Below, piece by piece: positions 63,321 through 64,000 of a stretch of DNA of 64,000 nt. The notes under the pieces are model-generated. The model was not told the DNA's origin, did no database searches, and saw only the letters and a list, made by a program, of their open reading frames with translations. Numbering within the stretch: the first letter of the stretch is position 1; every line of letters begins with the position of its first letter. A program made the translations under genes and the position numbers. This stretch comes from Vitrella brassicaformis CCMP3155 (taxonomy: Eukaryota > Protista > Chromerida). The stretch covers positions 434,001 to 498,000 of the forward strand of contig CDMY01000295.1 of NCBI GenBank assembly GCA_001179505.1, read 5' to 3'.

Positions 63321-64000
63321 TTATGACTCTTCGCGGAGTCGGTTGTGGAGATATTGCAGACGGGCGAGTTGCTGCCAGTCAGTCAACCAACCAATCGACA
63401 CACAGACACACAGACATGGGAATCTCTCTTCGTGTGTCTCCCTTGTATGTGTGTGTGTGTGTGTGTGTGTGTTGCCTTGGAGAGGTATGTTTGGTATGCC
63501 AGTTTGCCCAACGGCGACGACCCGACCGGCTCCTCCTCTGCACACACAGACACATCGATGTGTGTGTGTGTGTGTGTGCGTGTGTTGTTAGTGTGTGGGC
63601 TCACTGAGTTTCTGGATGATCTCCTGCCTGCACTCATCAACCAATCAGTGACACACACAGAGAGAGCCATTCAGTGTGTCCTCGTGTGTGTTGAGTGAGT
63701 GAGTGACTGACTTTTTGGCGTTTTCGGCTGCGAGTTCCTGAATCTCGTCATGCAGCCGCTCCTTGTGGAACGCTGACCGATCGATTGACCCAATCCAAGC
63801 AGACAGACAGGGAGACAGCCAATGAGTGTTTGTTTGGTTACTTTCGATGTGTGTGGCCATGGGTGTGGGCGGCAGCGTGGCGGCTGCAGGGGCGGCTGGC
63901 GTGGGCTGTGCGGCTGGCGTGGGGCCGAAGAGGGCCGATGTCAGCTGAGGGATCAGCCGGACGTGGGTGCCCTGGCGCAGAGATGATGATGCGGCTCTCT
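63321..64000 (-). CDS. 3' part of a spliced hypothetical protein running off the window
   Basis: Exons join in frame (..MATHIE|TFHKERLHDEIQELAAENAK|KQEIIQKL|..YQTYLSK|QLARLQYLHNRLREES*). The last intron is GC-AG. Confidence 0.6.

Overview
This is gene-dense, intron-rich, GC-rich eukaryotic nuclear DNA. Its style (microsatellite-filled 50-150 nt introns, ankyrin/MYND/kinase lineage families, bipartite plastid-type leaders) fits a chromerid alveolate such as Vitrella; that assignment is inference. I reconstructed about 23 coding loci by hand-splicing. Recognisable genes: ankyrin-repeat protein (5'-truncated), a decaying ~2.3 kb tandem kinase array, RbgA-type GTPase, LrgB/PLGG1-like transporter, BTB + split-TLDc protein, DUF2306-like membrane protein, UNG, GCN5, a signal-peptide inositol-5-phosphatase-like gene with an in-frame TGA, CDP-alcohol phosphatidyltransferase, RING-H2 ligase, bacterial-type S8/S53-like peptidase, MYND finger protein, TRM7, sulfotransferase, multi-TM PAS protein, uL13, TMEM87/GPR107-family protein, RABL3-like GTPase and a PLAC8 protein. 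There are also several hypothetical genes. I found no tRNA, rRNA, CRISPR array or recognisable transposon. The leading candidate for an undescribed system is a strand-polarised intron architecture: AC-rich 5' halves and complementary GT-rich 3' halves that could pair and bridge the splice sites. Other leads are compact head-to-head gene pairs carrying telomere-like motifs, a secreted 5-phosphatase-like protein that looks catalytically altered, a membrane PAS sensor with no output domain, and a UNG that may be dual-targeted. All exon models are manual and unverified by RNA data.
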